A DNA stretch of 64,000 nucleotides from a virus, in the IMG/VR virus record IMGVR_UViG_3300037089_000506; one strand, written 5' to 3'. The translations under genes and the position numbers were made by a program. Positions 48,065 through 58,657 of this stretch are shown here, one piece after another. The notes below the pieces were generated by a model that was not told the DNA's origin, did not search any database, and worked only from the letters and a program-made list of their open reading frames with translations. Every line of letters starts with the position of its first letter. Position 1 is the first letter of the stretch.

Positions 48065-51000
48065 TTAGTTAGCAATAAGGAGATTGAATGCCAAATGATA
48101 ATTATTACTATTGTATATAACAGGAGGAAAAGTAGCATAGGCTACCATAGTATTAGTACCATCAAAAATTCCTATCTCAGTAATAGCAACATTAGAAGTT
48201 GTAGTACCTAGTTTGTATTGCTCATCTATATACATATTTTCTAATACATAATTACTAGGACTGGTGGCTTCGTAGGTATTAGATAGCATACCATTAGGAT
48301 TATATTGTAACTTCATGCCAATAGCACCCTGTACATGGTCTACATAGAAATATTGGGGATTATTTAGCGTATCATACATCAATGTTAATCTACCTTTAAT
48401 AGCAGTTATTTCATTTGTAAGTTCATACGTATTCAAAACTCTATCCCAGATTCTTATATCTGATAAATAGCCTTTATAATTATAGGAAGAAGCAGAAAAC
48501 CCCCCAATAAGAAGAGATAGCCCAGAGTCGGTAAGATAAACCCCGCTCCCTACAGTTCCCGCTGTGGCTGTTACAATAATTCCATCCACATATACTAAAA
48601 TACTCCCAGGCCCCGTTGTAGCAGAAAAAGCAAGAGTAATTCTATGCCACCCAGTAGCAGGGATAGCAATTGTCCAGGTACCATTAGTAGTAGCAAAAGC
48701 AGATTTGAAAGTAAGAGTAGCGGTACTTCCACTTGAATATGTCATATAAAGCCCCCAACCAGCAGAAAAAGAAGAGGTTTGCTTGGCTACTAGTACTGTA
48801 GAAGTGTTAGCATTGGTATTAAGATTATAGGAAAAAGCCAAACTCATTCCATTAGTTTTTGGCATATCTCTGTTTAAAGCAAGAGAGTCCGCAACAGTAA
48901 TATAGGCTGTAGAACCATCATAGGAATATCCATTTTTTACATAGCCAGTAATAACAGATACTGTTCCATGGACTGTTCCATTCTGTTGATTATAATAACT
49001 ATCAGTGAGAGTTGTTATTGAGGAGGTATCGTTTCTATAATCACCAATAAGATTTTCGTATAAAGAAGGGAACATATCTATATTGTAAAGTTGAAGAGGT
49101 AATAGTGCTTGTAATTGTGCTGTTGGTAGATAGGAATTGCTGGATAAGTTTTCAAACGTATTGTCCATAGTATACCCAAAATAAGTAGAAGTATTAGCGA
49201 GTTCAGTATAGGGGTTTATATAAACCATATAAATAGTATATACCGTTACATTTGATATAATGCTGGTCCCCCAACTTATTGTCCAGTTAGGAATAGTAGT
49301 AGCTACTATTCTTTCTGCAATGCTCTGGTAGGTGTCAGTTTCATAGATATCTATTATTGTATTGTTAATAGTAATGTATGTTCCGCTTTGTGGCGAAATA
49401 ACAGAGGAAATAGTAAAGCTATAGGAATAAGGAAGCACTCCACTCTTAGTTATTGGCCCTATTCCGATTCCTGGGGCTGTAGATACTACAACGGTAGGGA
49501 TAGCTGCTATCATATTCTGAACCCTATACTTTGGATTGTATATTTGAGCTATAGGGTCTATCTGCTCATACATAAATAAACGTTGGTGTATATCATTGAT
49601 AATAGATATCATAGTAACAGTAGCACCAGTAGCTACCACCCTCCAATTAGGTATAATTGTACCGGCAATAGCAGCAGCGATTTGTGATGTTGTCCAGTTA
49701 TTATATACTGGTATGGTTATAGTTCCTGATGAAACTACAATATAGACATTTCCTCCTGCTGTGGCAGCATGAGTAACAAGAATAGTATAAATAGTATCTA
49801 CAGCCCCACTAGTAAGAGTGAAGGTAACCTGTGTACCAGCATCTGCACTTATAGTAGGTGCTTGGGGTAATACATTAATATTTATGTTAACCTGTACTGC
49901 TCCAGGGGCTATATAAGTATGTACGAATTGTAAGGTGGTAGTGTAAGCTAAAGTAGGAAGCATATTGCTTCCATTTATTATCATATTAACTACATTCCCA
50001 GTAGTATTGAAACTTCTAGAATGAACAACAGTATTTACTAGAGTATAGGTACCTAAATTAGAAATCTCTCCAATAAGAATTGGAGAAGAATAGAGTGGAT
50101 TTTGTAAATCTATTAATTGTGTTTTATATTGGGCAGATACAGACTCACCCACCTTTACAAATACATTGGTGTCTACTGTTCCTAATATTCTATATACCGA
50201 GGTAGTATCAGGAAGAGGTGACCACGGGGTAGTAGCACTTATATTAATAGTTGTAGTATTATTAGATAGTATTACTCTTGTTTGCCCTGCTCCTGTTCCA
50301 CTTAAGATATATACAGAATAGTTTGCCCAGTTTGTTGTCCATGTTTGAGTAGAGTCTGTTATAGATGTAGAAGTAGATGAAGTCACTACAGATTGTTGTA
50401 CAGAGACTGGGGACGCAAAATCGGTGTACCCCCCAGACCCTATCTTAATATAAGAGGAGTTAGAAGCACTTGTCCATCTTCCCTGGAATACTTGAAACTT
50501 AGCCTGTATATTAGGGTGAGAGTATACGGCATCTGAACCAGAGAGGCTATTAAACCTTCCATCTTTATTAGTTACCAGAGTCATTTGTGTCCCTATCTGT
50601 AAAGTATCTTGAGCACGAGTAACCTCCTGAAGTAAGGTATTTACTGTATCTAAAAAGATATTTTCAAGCAAGGAGGTATGGGTATTTACACTATTAGTGT
50701 GAAGTAATAATCTATCTAAAGCTATCTCTATAAAAAGTCTTTTCCCCGCATTGGTAATTAAGACTTTGGAATCCCAGGCAATAGGGAATGTATTGTTTTG
50801 TGTTACCTTAACATCCCATGCTTGACCTGTATCCCATCGTAAATAAGATGGAGGAATATCAGAAAAGCTAATGAGTCCCTCTATATTCGGGCTTATTGGA
50901 TATACAGAACTTGTTGTTCCAGGAATAGCAATATTGTAGCTTTCGGGGTTTACTATTCTATATATCCTATTAGTTGAGACTTGAATAGAACCAGAGGTTG

Positions 51001-51772
51001 CATTTATTAGTCCTAAATGAACAGTACCTATTCTATGTATTAACTTTATTGGAAGATTGTAGCCATTTAGGCTACCCACCCAACGATGCATGAGCCATAT
51101 TCTTTTTACTATATTACGAAGGAAGTCATTTTCTTTTGTAATATCTAATGCATCCCCCTGCTCCACATTAGTATAAGGGAGAAAAGCTAAAGGAACTTTG
51201 AAATCAAATATAGAAGATATATTGGCTATTTTATCCATAAAAGCTGCTTGGTCCCCATCATAGTAATCTATATTATAAAGGGTTTTAAGCTCATTAAATC
51301 TATCTATCATGTATTGATATTCTGTAACTAGGGCATCACATAATTCAGCATAAAATTCATTTTGCATTAAGGAGTGTATATGTATATAGGGATTTATCAC
51401 TGTTATGTAATCGGGTTGCTGCCGTATATAGGAGCTGATAGAAGTATCTGTTACATTGGTTATCTGATATTTCGAAGTAGCATCAGGGATATTTTTCCAA
51501 TTATTCTGAACAACAAGGCTAGTAGTCCCATTAGAAACTATTGTATTAGTTTGTCCTGCCCCTGTTCCAGAGAGAATGTAGATTGTATATCCTGCATATA
51601 CATTAGTTACCCAAGATTGTGATGTATCATTAAAAACATTTGGTGAATTAGAACCTGAGGAAGTAGAATTTATTACTATTGCTCCATAAGTAGCATCTAT
51701 AGGTATAACCTTTATATAACTGGGGACCGTAGAGGGTAGGGAGCCTAATCGTTCTATTAAAGTAGTGCTCAT
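48065..51772 (-). CDS. Large baseplate wedge-like protein with a LamG/concanavalin domain (1235 aa)
   Basis: GWHRITL...VYVDG...YKGYLSDIRIWDRVL; C-terminal ITEIGIFD...AYATFP; duplicated SGTGAGQ module. Confidence 0.65.
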   Translation of the reverse strand: MSTTLIERLGSLPSTVPSYIKVIPIDATYGAIVINSTSSGSNSPNVFNDTSQSWVTNVYAGYTIYILSGTGAGQTNTIVSNGTTSLVVQNNWKNIPDATSKYQITNVTDTSISSYIRQQPDYITVINPYIHIHSLMQNEFYAELCDALVTEYQYMIDRFNELKTLYNIDYYDGDQAAFMDKIANISSIFDFKVPLAFLPYTNVEQGDALDITKENDFLRNIVKRIWLMHRWVGSLNGYNLPIKLIHRIGTVHLGLINATSGSIQVSTNRIYRIVNPESYNIAIPGTTSSVYPISPNIEGLISFSDIPPSYLRWDTGQAWDVKVTQNNTFPIAWDSKVLITNAGKRLFIEIALDRLLLHTNSVNTHTSLLENIFLDTVNTLLQEVTRAQDTLQIGTQMTLVTNKDGRFNSLSGSDAVYSHPNIQAKFQVFQGRWTSASNSSYIKIGSGGYTDFASPVSVQQSVVTSSTSTSITDSTQTWTTNWANYSVYILSGTGAGQTRVILSNNTTTINISATTPWSPLPDTTSVYRILGTVDTNVFVKVGESVSAQYKTQLIDLQNPLYSSPILIGEISNLGTYTLVNTVVHSRSFNTTGNVVNMIINGSNMLPTLAYTTTLQFVHTYIAPGAVQVNININVLPQAPTISADAGTQVTFTLTSGAVDTIYTILVTHAATAGGNVYIVVSSGTITIPVYNNWTTSQIAAAIAGTIIPNWRVVATGATVTMISIINDIHQRLFMYEQIDPIAQIYNPKYRVQNMIAAIPTVVVSTAPGIGIGPITKSGVLPYSYSFTISSVISPQSGTYITINNTIIDIYETDTYQSIAERIVATTIPNWTISWGTSIISNVTVYTIYMVYINPYTELANTSTYFGYTMDNTFENLSSNSYLPTAQLQALLPLQLYNIDMFPSLYENLIGDYRNDTSSITTLTDSYYNQQNGTVHGTVSVITGYVKNGYSYDGSTAYITVADSLALNRDMPKTNGMSLAFSYNLNTNANTSTVLVAKQTSSFSAGWGLYMTYSSGSTATLTFKSAFATTNGTWTIAIPATGWHRITLAFSATTGPGSILVYVDGIIVTATAGTVGSGVYLTDSGLSLLIGGFSASSYNYKGYLSDIRIWDRVLNTYELTNEITAIKGRLTLMYDTLNNPQYFYVDHVQGAIGMKLQYNPNGMLSNTYEATSPSNYVLENMYIDEQYKLGTTTSNVAITEIGIFDGTNTMVAYATFPPVIYNSNNYHLAFNLLIAN

Positions 51773-51781
51773 GTATTCGCC

Positions 51782-54211
51782 TTATATGGATTGTAACTCT
51801 ATAACAACATCATCTATTACGGTATTATTCTGTAAGATTTGCCCTATTTGAACTATGCTATTAGGGGTATAGGCAGTAAAATTATTGTTTATTGGTTGTG
51901 CCACTATTTCAATGACTACAAAGTCATCCACAGCAGAATCTTGGAAATTAAGATAAGGTTGAGTGGTACTCCCTGGTAGGTATAAAGGAATACTGATAGA
52001 GCCATAGCCTAGCTTTACTACTGAAAGATCAGTAGGTATCAGACTGGTGTAGTCAAAAGAAAAATAAAATGGTATGTATAGATTATTTACATTAGACCCT
52101 ACTACTGCGGGAGTATTTGTCACAGGAATAACATAGGGGGCTGTAGTTCCACTTAGGACATAGTTTGTCATATAATTGTTATCAGTTATTTCAGAAATAT
52201 AGGGATATTCCAACATCTGAAATACCCCAGAAGGTGTGGTAGAGAAGTTTACTCCTATAATACCACTAGAAGCAGGAACATTAATAAAACTTGATCCAGC
52301 ACTAGAGGTTAGGGTTGGGGTAACCTGCATAATACCTGAAGAAGGGGAAAGGGTTATTGTATAAGGAGAAGAACCAGAATTATACGGTGCAACTCCTGGA
52401 TAGACTGTACCACCATAAGTACCACCAACAATAGTGTAATAAATGATATTCATTACAATTGTAGGTGTTGGGGTAGGGCTGGAAGGTATAGTAATTGCTA
52501 TTGTGCTATTGCAGAAGTTTATATTCCCATTTGTGATAGGATTAGTAACTGTGCAGGTATAGGAAATAGTATTGTTGGCAATAGGAACAAAAAATAATGT
52601 TCTGCTATTGGCAAGGCATGCTGTACAAGTGAATATGATATTCATTTTCAAGCAGTACTGATGATTATTATCAAAGCCATATAACGAAGTAAAAGAAGGA
52701 TCAAAATAAAAGCTCTGGGTATAATATCCGGGGTATGAAGAACTGATAGCAAAAGAACTTGCAGGGATGTCTATTACTGCTTCCAGTTGATTGGTTACCT
52801 TTTGAAGGGAGTACTTACTACTGATGTAGGAAATAACAGCAGAGCTATCAAAAGAAGAGTTAAAATTTTGTGTTACTGTTCCATACGTAGAGTAAATATC
52901 ACTTTGAACAGTAGAACCCAAAGATACAAGGTCTGTTGCAACAGAACTATCTACCGACCCCTCAATATTTAATCGTATATGAATAAAGTTAGGATCAATA
53001 TACTGTATTACATCCAAAGGGGAGTTCTTGTCTACTAAAGCAGAGCTAACATCTGCCACAAAGGTAGAATTAGAGCTTTCTACAACATTACCTTCAGTAT
53101 TAATAGCAGAATACATAATAGTATTTTGAGTTAGAGAAGTAGTAGGATCAGTATACATAGCAGTATATACTATAGCCGTCTGAACATAACTAAAACTCTC
53201 TATTACTTTTTTATAAGCTGCTGTGGATATAACTGATCCTCCATTAGTAATATACGCAGTAGGTGCCTTACCCTGTATAGAAGAGATTGTATCTTGTCCC
53301 GCCCCCCCTAATATAGAAGTTAGATTACTACAATAAAGAGTAGAGGATAAAGTAGATACAACAGTATTTACACTATAACTCTTAGTTACATTCCCTGAAG
53401 TACCTAATGAACTTAAATAATAAACAGTTATTGTTGATCCCGATGTTAGCAACGCTCCAGTAGTCCCATCACCGAACCTGATTAAAGTAGCAGATAGGTC
53501 TGTAGGCACTTGTATATCATAAGCATACTCTGTAGGCCCAGCAAGGAATATATCTTCATAGTCTTGCATTGTTATTGAAGAAGAAGACCCATATGGTTGA
53601 TATATAACATTCAAAAAGTTAGAAGAAATACTATTTGAACCATCCTCCATCGTAATATCAGCAATAGAAACTTCCTCAAAGGGGTTCCCTAATATAATAA
53701 TAGAAGTATTTGTTTGTACTCCTTGAATTACAGGAATCTCTAAATACTGCACCCCTTGTGATCCTTGGTATGTCATGTCTTGAGTTGATATAAATTGAAT
53801 GGTAGGAGATACCGAGGTAGAGAATATTGTTCCACGAGGTATAGGAATATCCGCTCCAGAGTAGGTAGATAGGTTAGCCTCTAAGTCCGCTAAAGTAAAA
53901 AGTATAGACCCTAAGTTATTCATTTGGGGGTCATGGGATACATAGATGCTCCCTATTGCTGAAATTCTACGTTGTGGTAAGTAACCTAAATAAGAGGATT
54001 GAGTTACGAAAGAAGAGAGATTTTGTGCATATCTCCACTTGCTTTCCGATAGTAGATTTTCCATATAACGAACTGACTCAGCCTCCGACTCTCCAATTCC
54101 ATCAATAAGACTAGTGGTAGCAGAATCACCTAGAATCTGTGACCAGTATTGGGTTGAAGATAAAGTGAATTTTAGTCGTGTTGATACTGATATAGGATCA
54201 AATTGTTTCAT
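51782..54211 (-). CDS. Baseplate wedge protein, gp6/baseplate-J-like
   Basis: IPIPRGTIFST, IRFGDG, GGAGQDTI...APxxY...VISxxAYK; adjacent to the gp25-like gene. Confidence 0.7.
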   Translation of the reverse strand: MKQFDPISVSTRLKFTLSSTQYWSQILGDSATTSLIDGIGESEAESVRYMENLLSESKWRYAQNLSSFVTQSSYLGYLPQRRISAIGSIYVSHDPQMNNLGSILFTLADLEANLSTYSGADIPIPRGTIFSTSVSPTIQFISTQDMTYQGSQGVQYLEIPVIQGVQTNTSIIILGNPFEEVSIADITMEDGSNSISSNFLNVIYQPYGSSSSITMQDYEDIFLAGPTEYAYDIQVPTDLSATLIRFGDGTTGALLTSGSTITVYYLSSLGTSGNVTKSYSVNTVVSTLSSTLYCSNLTSILGGAGQDTISSIQGKAPTAYITNGGSVISTAAYKKVIESFSYVQTAIVYTAMYTDPTTSLTQNTIMYSAINTEGNVVESSNSTFVADVSSALVDKNSPLDVIQYIDPNFIHIRLNIEGSVDSSVATDLVSLGSTVQSDIYSTYGTVTQNFNSSFDSSAVISYISSKYSLQKVTNQLEAVIDIPASSFAISSSYPGYYTQSFYFDPSFTSLYGFDNNHQYCLKMNIIFTCTACLANSRTLFFVPIANNTISYTCTVTNPITNGNINFCNSTIAITIPSSPTPTPTIVMNIIYYTIVGGTYGGTVYPGVAPYNSGSSPYTITLSPSSGIMQVTPTLTSSAGSSFINVPASSGIIGVNFSTTPSGVFQMLEYPYISEITDNNYMTNYVLSGTTAPYVIPVTNTPAVVGSNVNNLYIPFYFSFDYTSLIPTDLSVVKLGYGSISIPLYLPGSTTQPYLNFQDSAVDDFVVIEIVAQPINNNFTAYTPNSIVQIGQILQNNTVIDDVVIELQSI

Positions 54212-54603
54212 GAAGCTGGTACCCCCAAATTAATCTGAGTTGTCAAATTATTATATGTATCAGAAAATAATATAGTAACAATGAATTGCTTACCTTGTGT
54301 ATCTATACTAGTAGATATTTTATTGATAACAATGTTAGTATAATTAGATAGAGCATCCCTAATTTTAGTTTCTAACACTTGTTGGTTGGAAGGAGTTAAT
54401 TGGGCTCCAATTATCTCAAATAATTGACCCCCTTTTCCTATAGTTCTACCATAATCACCTTGAGCGGAGAACAAATACATCTTTATTACATTTTTTATAG
54501 CATCTATACTCTTTATTTGAGCTGTAGAGCCCTCACTTACTATGGTTCCATTATAATCAAGATCAACATATTGAGTTACGTCTACACTATTTATATTTGC
54601 CAT
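54208..54603 (-). CDS. gp25/GPW-like baseplate protein
   Basis: AIKNVIKMYL...GDYGR...IRDALSNY...IV. Confidence 0.6.
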   Translation of the reverse strand: MANINSVDVTQYVDLDYNGTIVSEGSTAQIKSIDAIKNVIKMYLFSAQGDYGRTIGKGGQLFEIIGAQLTPSNQQVLETKIRDALSNYTNIVINKISTSIDTQGKQFIVTILFSDTYNNLTTQINLGVPAS

Positions 54604-54611
54604 GTGTCCCT

Positions 54612-55175
54612 TTACAAAGCACCTACATACCTAGCACTTGTATCAAAATACATGTGTCCGCATGAAAAAGAAACCTCTAACTCTATAGGATTATTTTCCG
54701 ACCAATCATATGAAGGATAAGAAAGAGATTTTGGGATTGCATCCTCTACTATGAGTACACCAGCGTGAGTATGATTATCGTTTAAAGATATTTTTATAGT
54801 TCCTGTTGGGTTCACGCCTGCGAAATAATAATGATTTATAAAATCATAAATTTTATTCAACCAATCCTTAAATATGCTTAATAAATCATATGTAGAATTT
54901 TCTTTAAATGTAAGAGTTATGCCTTTTATTCTATCTGGTCCTTTTATTATAAAGTTTTGAATAGCCTCATTATATTCCATTGTATTACCAAAAGAACCCT
55001 CAAAAGTAACTTTTTTTACTCTAGAGGTAGTTAATAAAGAGGTGAGTTTAGTATTTATGTCTGATAAACTGTTAGTATTAGTATCAATAAGAACTTCAAA
55101 AAGATTTGGAAATGCCCGAGAACTTTCAACATTTAGAAGAGTAGATATTTGTTTTCCATCATCTGTAGGGGTCAT
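54612..55175 (-). CDS. Tube-fold protein (tube initiator, gp54/gp48-like)
   Basis: FEV...ITLTFKE...FKDWL...PKSLSYPSYDW...LEVSF; follows the tube gene. Confidence 0.55.
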   Translation of the reverse strand: MTPTDDGKQISTLLNVESSRAFPNLFEVLIDTNTNSLSDINTKLTSLLTTSRVKKVTFEGSFGNTMEYNEAIQNFIIKGPDRIKGITLTFKENSTYDLLSIFKDWLNKIYDFINHYYFAGVNPTGTIKISLNDNHTHAGVLIVEDAIPKSLSYPSYDWSENNPIELEVSFSCGHMYFDTSARYVGAL

Positions 55176-55187
55176 ATATAATTAGTA

Positions 55188-55213
55188 TAAAAAAGCCCTT
55201 CGTGGAAGGGCTT
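55188..55213 (-). terminator. Rho-independent terminator after the tail tube gene
   Basis: AAGCCCTTC-CAC-GAAGGGCTT followed by a T-run. Confidence 0.8.
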
Positions 55214-55217
55214 AATT

Positions 55218-55907
55218 TTAAAGTTGAGTGGTGAGCTTAGGAGAAGAATCCCTATTCTGAACATCTCCAATATTATTGGTATTGATTGATGACCATGGTT
55301 CTACATATCTACCAAAGATAAATTCAGCAGTAGTAGTAACTGCATCTGCTCCTGATCTTTGGAAATTAGGAGTTCCTACTTTACTACATATTACATCAAA
55401 AAAAATCCATTGAGCACCTAAGGTTGAATTGTTTAGAGTACCAGAAGAAGGATCAGTATACCCATCTAACGGAGTAGAGACATTATAAGCAACTACAACA
55501 ATCGTACCATAATTTGTTAGATCTGAGGTTACTGCTGTACCATTATCAGATAATGATCCTGGTTGAACATTCCCTTCTCCTGAAGGGTCTGCCCATATAT
55601 GTTTCCAGCTCATTAGGTCCCCATAAAGATTATAAGCAGTATCTTGTCTAAACTCAATAGTAAAAGTTCTTTCTCCTTGTAATTTAGGTGCTTGTTTGGT
55701 TAATTGAACAGCTTTATAGTCAGAATTGTATGTCATTAAACTTAATTCTGGAGGTTGAAACCCCATAGCACGAACACTATAATTATATCCAGATGCATTA
55801 CCGTACTGAGGATACGATATTGCACCAGGAAGTGTTATCTTTATATCATAAAGATTAGTAAATGCATCAATACCTGCGTTCATCAAAAGGGTTATTTCAC
55901 CACTCAT
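55218..55907 (-). CDS. Tail tube protein (gp19-like)
   Basis: Directly follows the sheath gene; FTIEFRQD...LMSW...WIFFDV...P.F...VTTTAEF. Confidence 0.65.
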   Translation of the reverse strand: MSGEITLLMNAGIDAFTNLYDIKITLPGAISYPQYGNASGYNYSVRAMGFQPPELSLMTYNSDYKAVQLTKQAPKLQGERTFTIEFRQDTAYNLYGDLMSWKHIWADPSGEGNVQPGSLSDNGTAVTSDLTNYGTIVVVAYNVSTPLDGYTDPSSGTLNNSTLGAQWIFFDVICSKVGTPNFQRSGADAVTTTAEFIFGRYVEPWSSINTNNIGDVQNRDSSPKLTTQL

Positions 55908-55938
55908 TATTATTCCCCCATCCTTCTAATTAGTCTTT

Positions 55939-58617
55939 TTATGCCGAAGTCACATTGGAAGTTTGACCAACGTTATTGAAAATCAAGGTTACGTACTCAC
56001 TGAATGGCGTTACTTTTACCCTTATCTTCATCATAAAGTTATTCTGTGCCATAGTAGAAGGAGTATTTACCTGAGTAATAAATACTTGCCCAGAATTCCA
56101 TATTGCTGTAGGTCCTGATAATCTTTGACTTAGATATATATTAGATTGGTCTGTTCGAAGCTGCATATGGTAACTATCTATTAATTTACCAATCTGAGGT
56201 AGCATTACATTTTGTCGTATTTGCGCCTCAAACAAATCGAAGGACATTTGGTGGCCCAAATAAGACCAGTCTGTAAGTATAATAGGTGATTGGGCTGTCT
56301 TCTCAGAGGTAATCATAAGATTATAATAAGAATCCAGAATAATTGGATTTATTCCCGCTGCATCAAGTGAATCTAAATGCGAGGCTTGGAGGGTATACTT
56401 TGCCCACTGCACACTCTTATTAATCTGCCCACCTACTGCTGGTGAACCTTCATTAGTAAACATAGGAGCGGCACCACCAAGTTTTACATCCATTATGAGT
56501 GCCAACATTGAAGCTACAGCACCTAAAGGAATATTGTAATAAGAGGTACTGTTGTAAGACTCTGACATCCAGAACTCATTACAGTAATAAGCCAATCCAG
56601 TAAGATTAGGATAGGATGCCCGAGCAGTAATTATATCATTTACAATAGTATTAACTGCTGAAGTTGAAGTAGCGGCTAGGTCTGAAACCTTTATGCCAGT
56701 GATAAAGGTGGCAAATGGATAGGTAGATGTTCTCAAAGAAGCCATTATAGTAGGAATATTGTAGGAGTCACATTCAGGATCAAAGAATATATTAGTATTT
56801 TGTAGCGCTGGAATACTTAGCATGTTCCACCCAGATACCAATATTGAACTTAGTTGTAGTGGTGTTATAGTAGAAGTAGTAGCTGCTCGTGTTCCTATCA
56901 TAGAAAAACTAAAAGAATTGGGAAACTGGAACCCTGGAACCATATTAGTAAAAGATTGATAGCAAATAGCACCTAAGAAATTATCTCCTGTCAATACTGT
57001 AGGAGCATATTGAGAGTTCCCTGCCCCATCTGTTTGGGTTGAAAGAGGACTTAAAACATAATTATTTGTATAAGTATTTCCAGGATAGGATAGTTCATTA
57101 TAATTGAAGGCAATAGTATTGTAGTTATAGTTAGTCTGGGCTGTGCCTAGAGTGGCAACAGGAGAGGTAGTAAGGGCTGCTGAGAATCCTAGCCATGTAG
57201 AGCCTAATACCAAAGTGGGTATAGGTAAAGACTGCGCATAAGTTATGATTATAGTATTTGTACTGGCAGTTACTGCATAGTTTCCAGTAGCACCTGTAAC
57301 AGCAGGAGAGGCTATGGTAGCAATAGCTGTGGCTAAACCAGTATTTGTGGTTACTGCTGAACCAGAGTAATTTAATATGTATCCACCAATAGTTATTGTT
57401 CCAGAGGTTACTGATCCTGAGCCACTTAATGTGTAAATTGTAACATTATTTACAGTAAATCCTGTAGTGTTTGTTCCAAGAGTTAACGTAGGGGCAGCAA
57501 GATTTCTGGCTGCTGTTATTGATACCGTAGTTGTACCGAAAGTAGCATTATACCCAACAGGGAGTACATAACCCCCTGATGTTATATTACTTGACATGGA
57601 GGCTACTACCTGCGTAGGCGTGGTTAGTGTAGAACCAGCTACAGCAGATACAACTATACCACAAATAGTAAAATAGTAAGTGCTTGCACTTGTTATAGAC
57701 CCTGAGCCCCCCAAAGTAAATGTATATGTAGTTTGGGGATAAACAGGATTTTGTAAATCAACCTTAGCATTGGATACAGTACCTGATATTGCTCGTGGAG
57801 AGTTTTGGTATAATGACATAATAGCGAGAGATTGAAGATTATATATCCATTGAACTACTATATTATTTGTAGCTATTGAAGTAATAACAGTTGTGCCTGT
57901 TTGGAAATTTAGGTCAGAATAAGAACCATTAAGATAAGTAGTGAAAGGCCCTGAGTTAGCACCATTTATGGTTATTTGAGTACCACTAGAAGATACTGCT
58001 CCAGCGGCTGATGTTAATGTAGCACCACCATTAGGATTCACTACACTTATTGTTGTTGCTGTTGCATTTACCGTAAAGGTAATTGAAGCTGTAGTACCAT
58101 CGCTTCTGGTAAAGGATAATACTAATCCAGATACATTTGCTAACTGGAAAAATGCTTGGGGTATGCCTGTAATAGTAATCTGATAAGAACTATATACTAT
58201 AGCCGCATTCCCCGATAGAGGAGAACCATCACCAACCTGTACAGCAGTTAGAAAGTTTACTGAGGGGATACCTGTATTGCTTTCTGTCACTTGATAGAAG
58301 GGCTCAAAAGACCCTAAAGTTGTAAGATACCCACCACCAAAATAACTATAGGAATTAGATGCTGGAATTGTACCACCAGGGGCTGAAAGCCAAAGACTAT
58401 AATTATTGATAAAGTCTAATGCTTCTTGCACTCCTGGATACTGCGAAGACGGTGCTCCATACAAATTCAAGAGAGTTTGAGTATCTCCCTTATTTACTAG
58501 GTGAGGATACGCAAGTCCTTTTGATGCTTTTATTACAGTAGCACCAGTAATAGCTGTCTGGGTACCTACTGAGAAAGATTGGTCTATATTCTGGAAGCGT
58601 AATCTATTAGTTACCAT
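55939..58617 (-). CDS. Contractile tail sheath protein with large insertions (892 aa)
   Basis: C-terminal LDAAGINPI...NTP...IRVKVTPFSEYVTLIF pattern of sheath proteins. Confidence 0.8.
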   Translation of the reverse strand: MVTNRLRFQNIDQSFSVGTQTAITGATVIKASKGLAYPHLVNKGDTQTLLNLYGAPSSQYPGVQEALDFINNYSLWLSAPGGTIPASNSYSYFGGGYLTTLGSFEPFYQVTESNTGIPSVNFLTAVQVGDGSPLSGNAAIVYSSYQITITGIPQAFFQLANVSGLVLSFTRSDGTTASITFTVNATATTISVVNPNGGATLTSAAGAVSSSGTQITINGANSGPFTTYLNGSYSDLNFQTGTTVITSIATNNIVVQWIYNLQSLAIMSLYQNSPRAISGTVSNAKVDLQNPVYPQTTYTFTLGGSGSITSASTYYFTICGIVVSAVAGSTLTTPTQVVASMSSNITSGGYVLPVGYNATFGTTTVSITAARNLAAPTLTLGTNTTGFTVNNVTIYTLSGSGSVTSGTITIGGYILNYSGSAVTTNTGLATAIATIASPAVTGATGNYAVTASTNTIIITYAQSLPIPTLVLGSTWLGFSAALTTSPVATLGTAQTNYNYNTIAFNYNELSYPGNTYTNNYVLSPLSTQTDGAGNSQYAPTVLTGDNFLGAICYQSFTNMVPGFQFPNSFSFSMIGTRAATTSTITPLQLSSILVSGWNMLSIPALQNTNIFFDPECDSYNIPTIMASLRTSTYPFATFITGIKVSDLAATSTSAVNTIVNDIITARASYPNLTGLAYYCNEFWMSESYNSTSYYNIPLGAVASMLALIMDVKLGGAAPMFTNEGSPAVGGQINKSVQWAKYTLQASHLDSLDAAGINPIILDSYYNLMITSEKTAQSPIILTDWSYLGHQMSFDLFEAQIRQNVMLPQIGKLIDSYHMQLRTDQSNIYLSQRLSGPTAIWNSGQVFITQVNTPSTMAQNNFMMKIRVKVTPFSEYVTLIFNNVGQTSNVTSA

Positions 58618-58657
58618 TGAGTTTCCTCTTTATTTATAATTAGTCCCTATTTTTTTA

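Noticed and set aside
786-54720. Antisense and overlapping ORFs in the track (e.g. 786..1286, 5598..6047, 12327..12641, 13307..13654, 22328..22696, 36393..36914, 39947..40483, 54424..54720)
   Set aside because: They shadow well-supported genes on the other strand or frame, have no RBS or motifs, and reflect codon bias.
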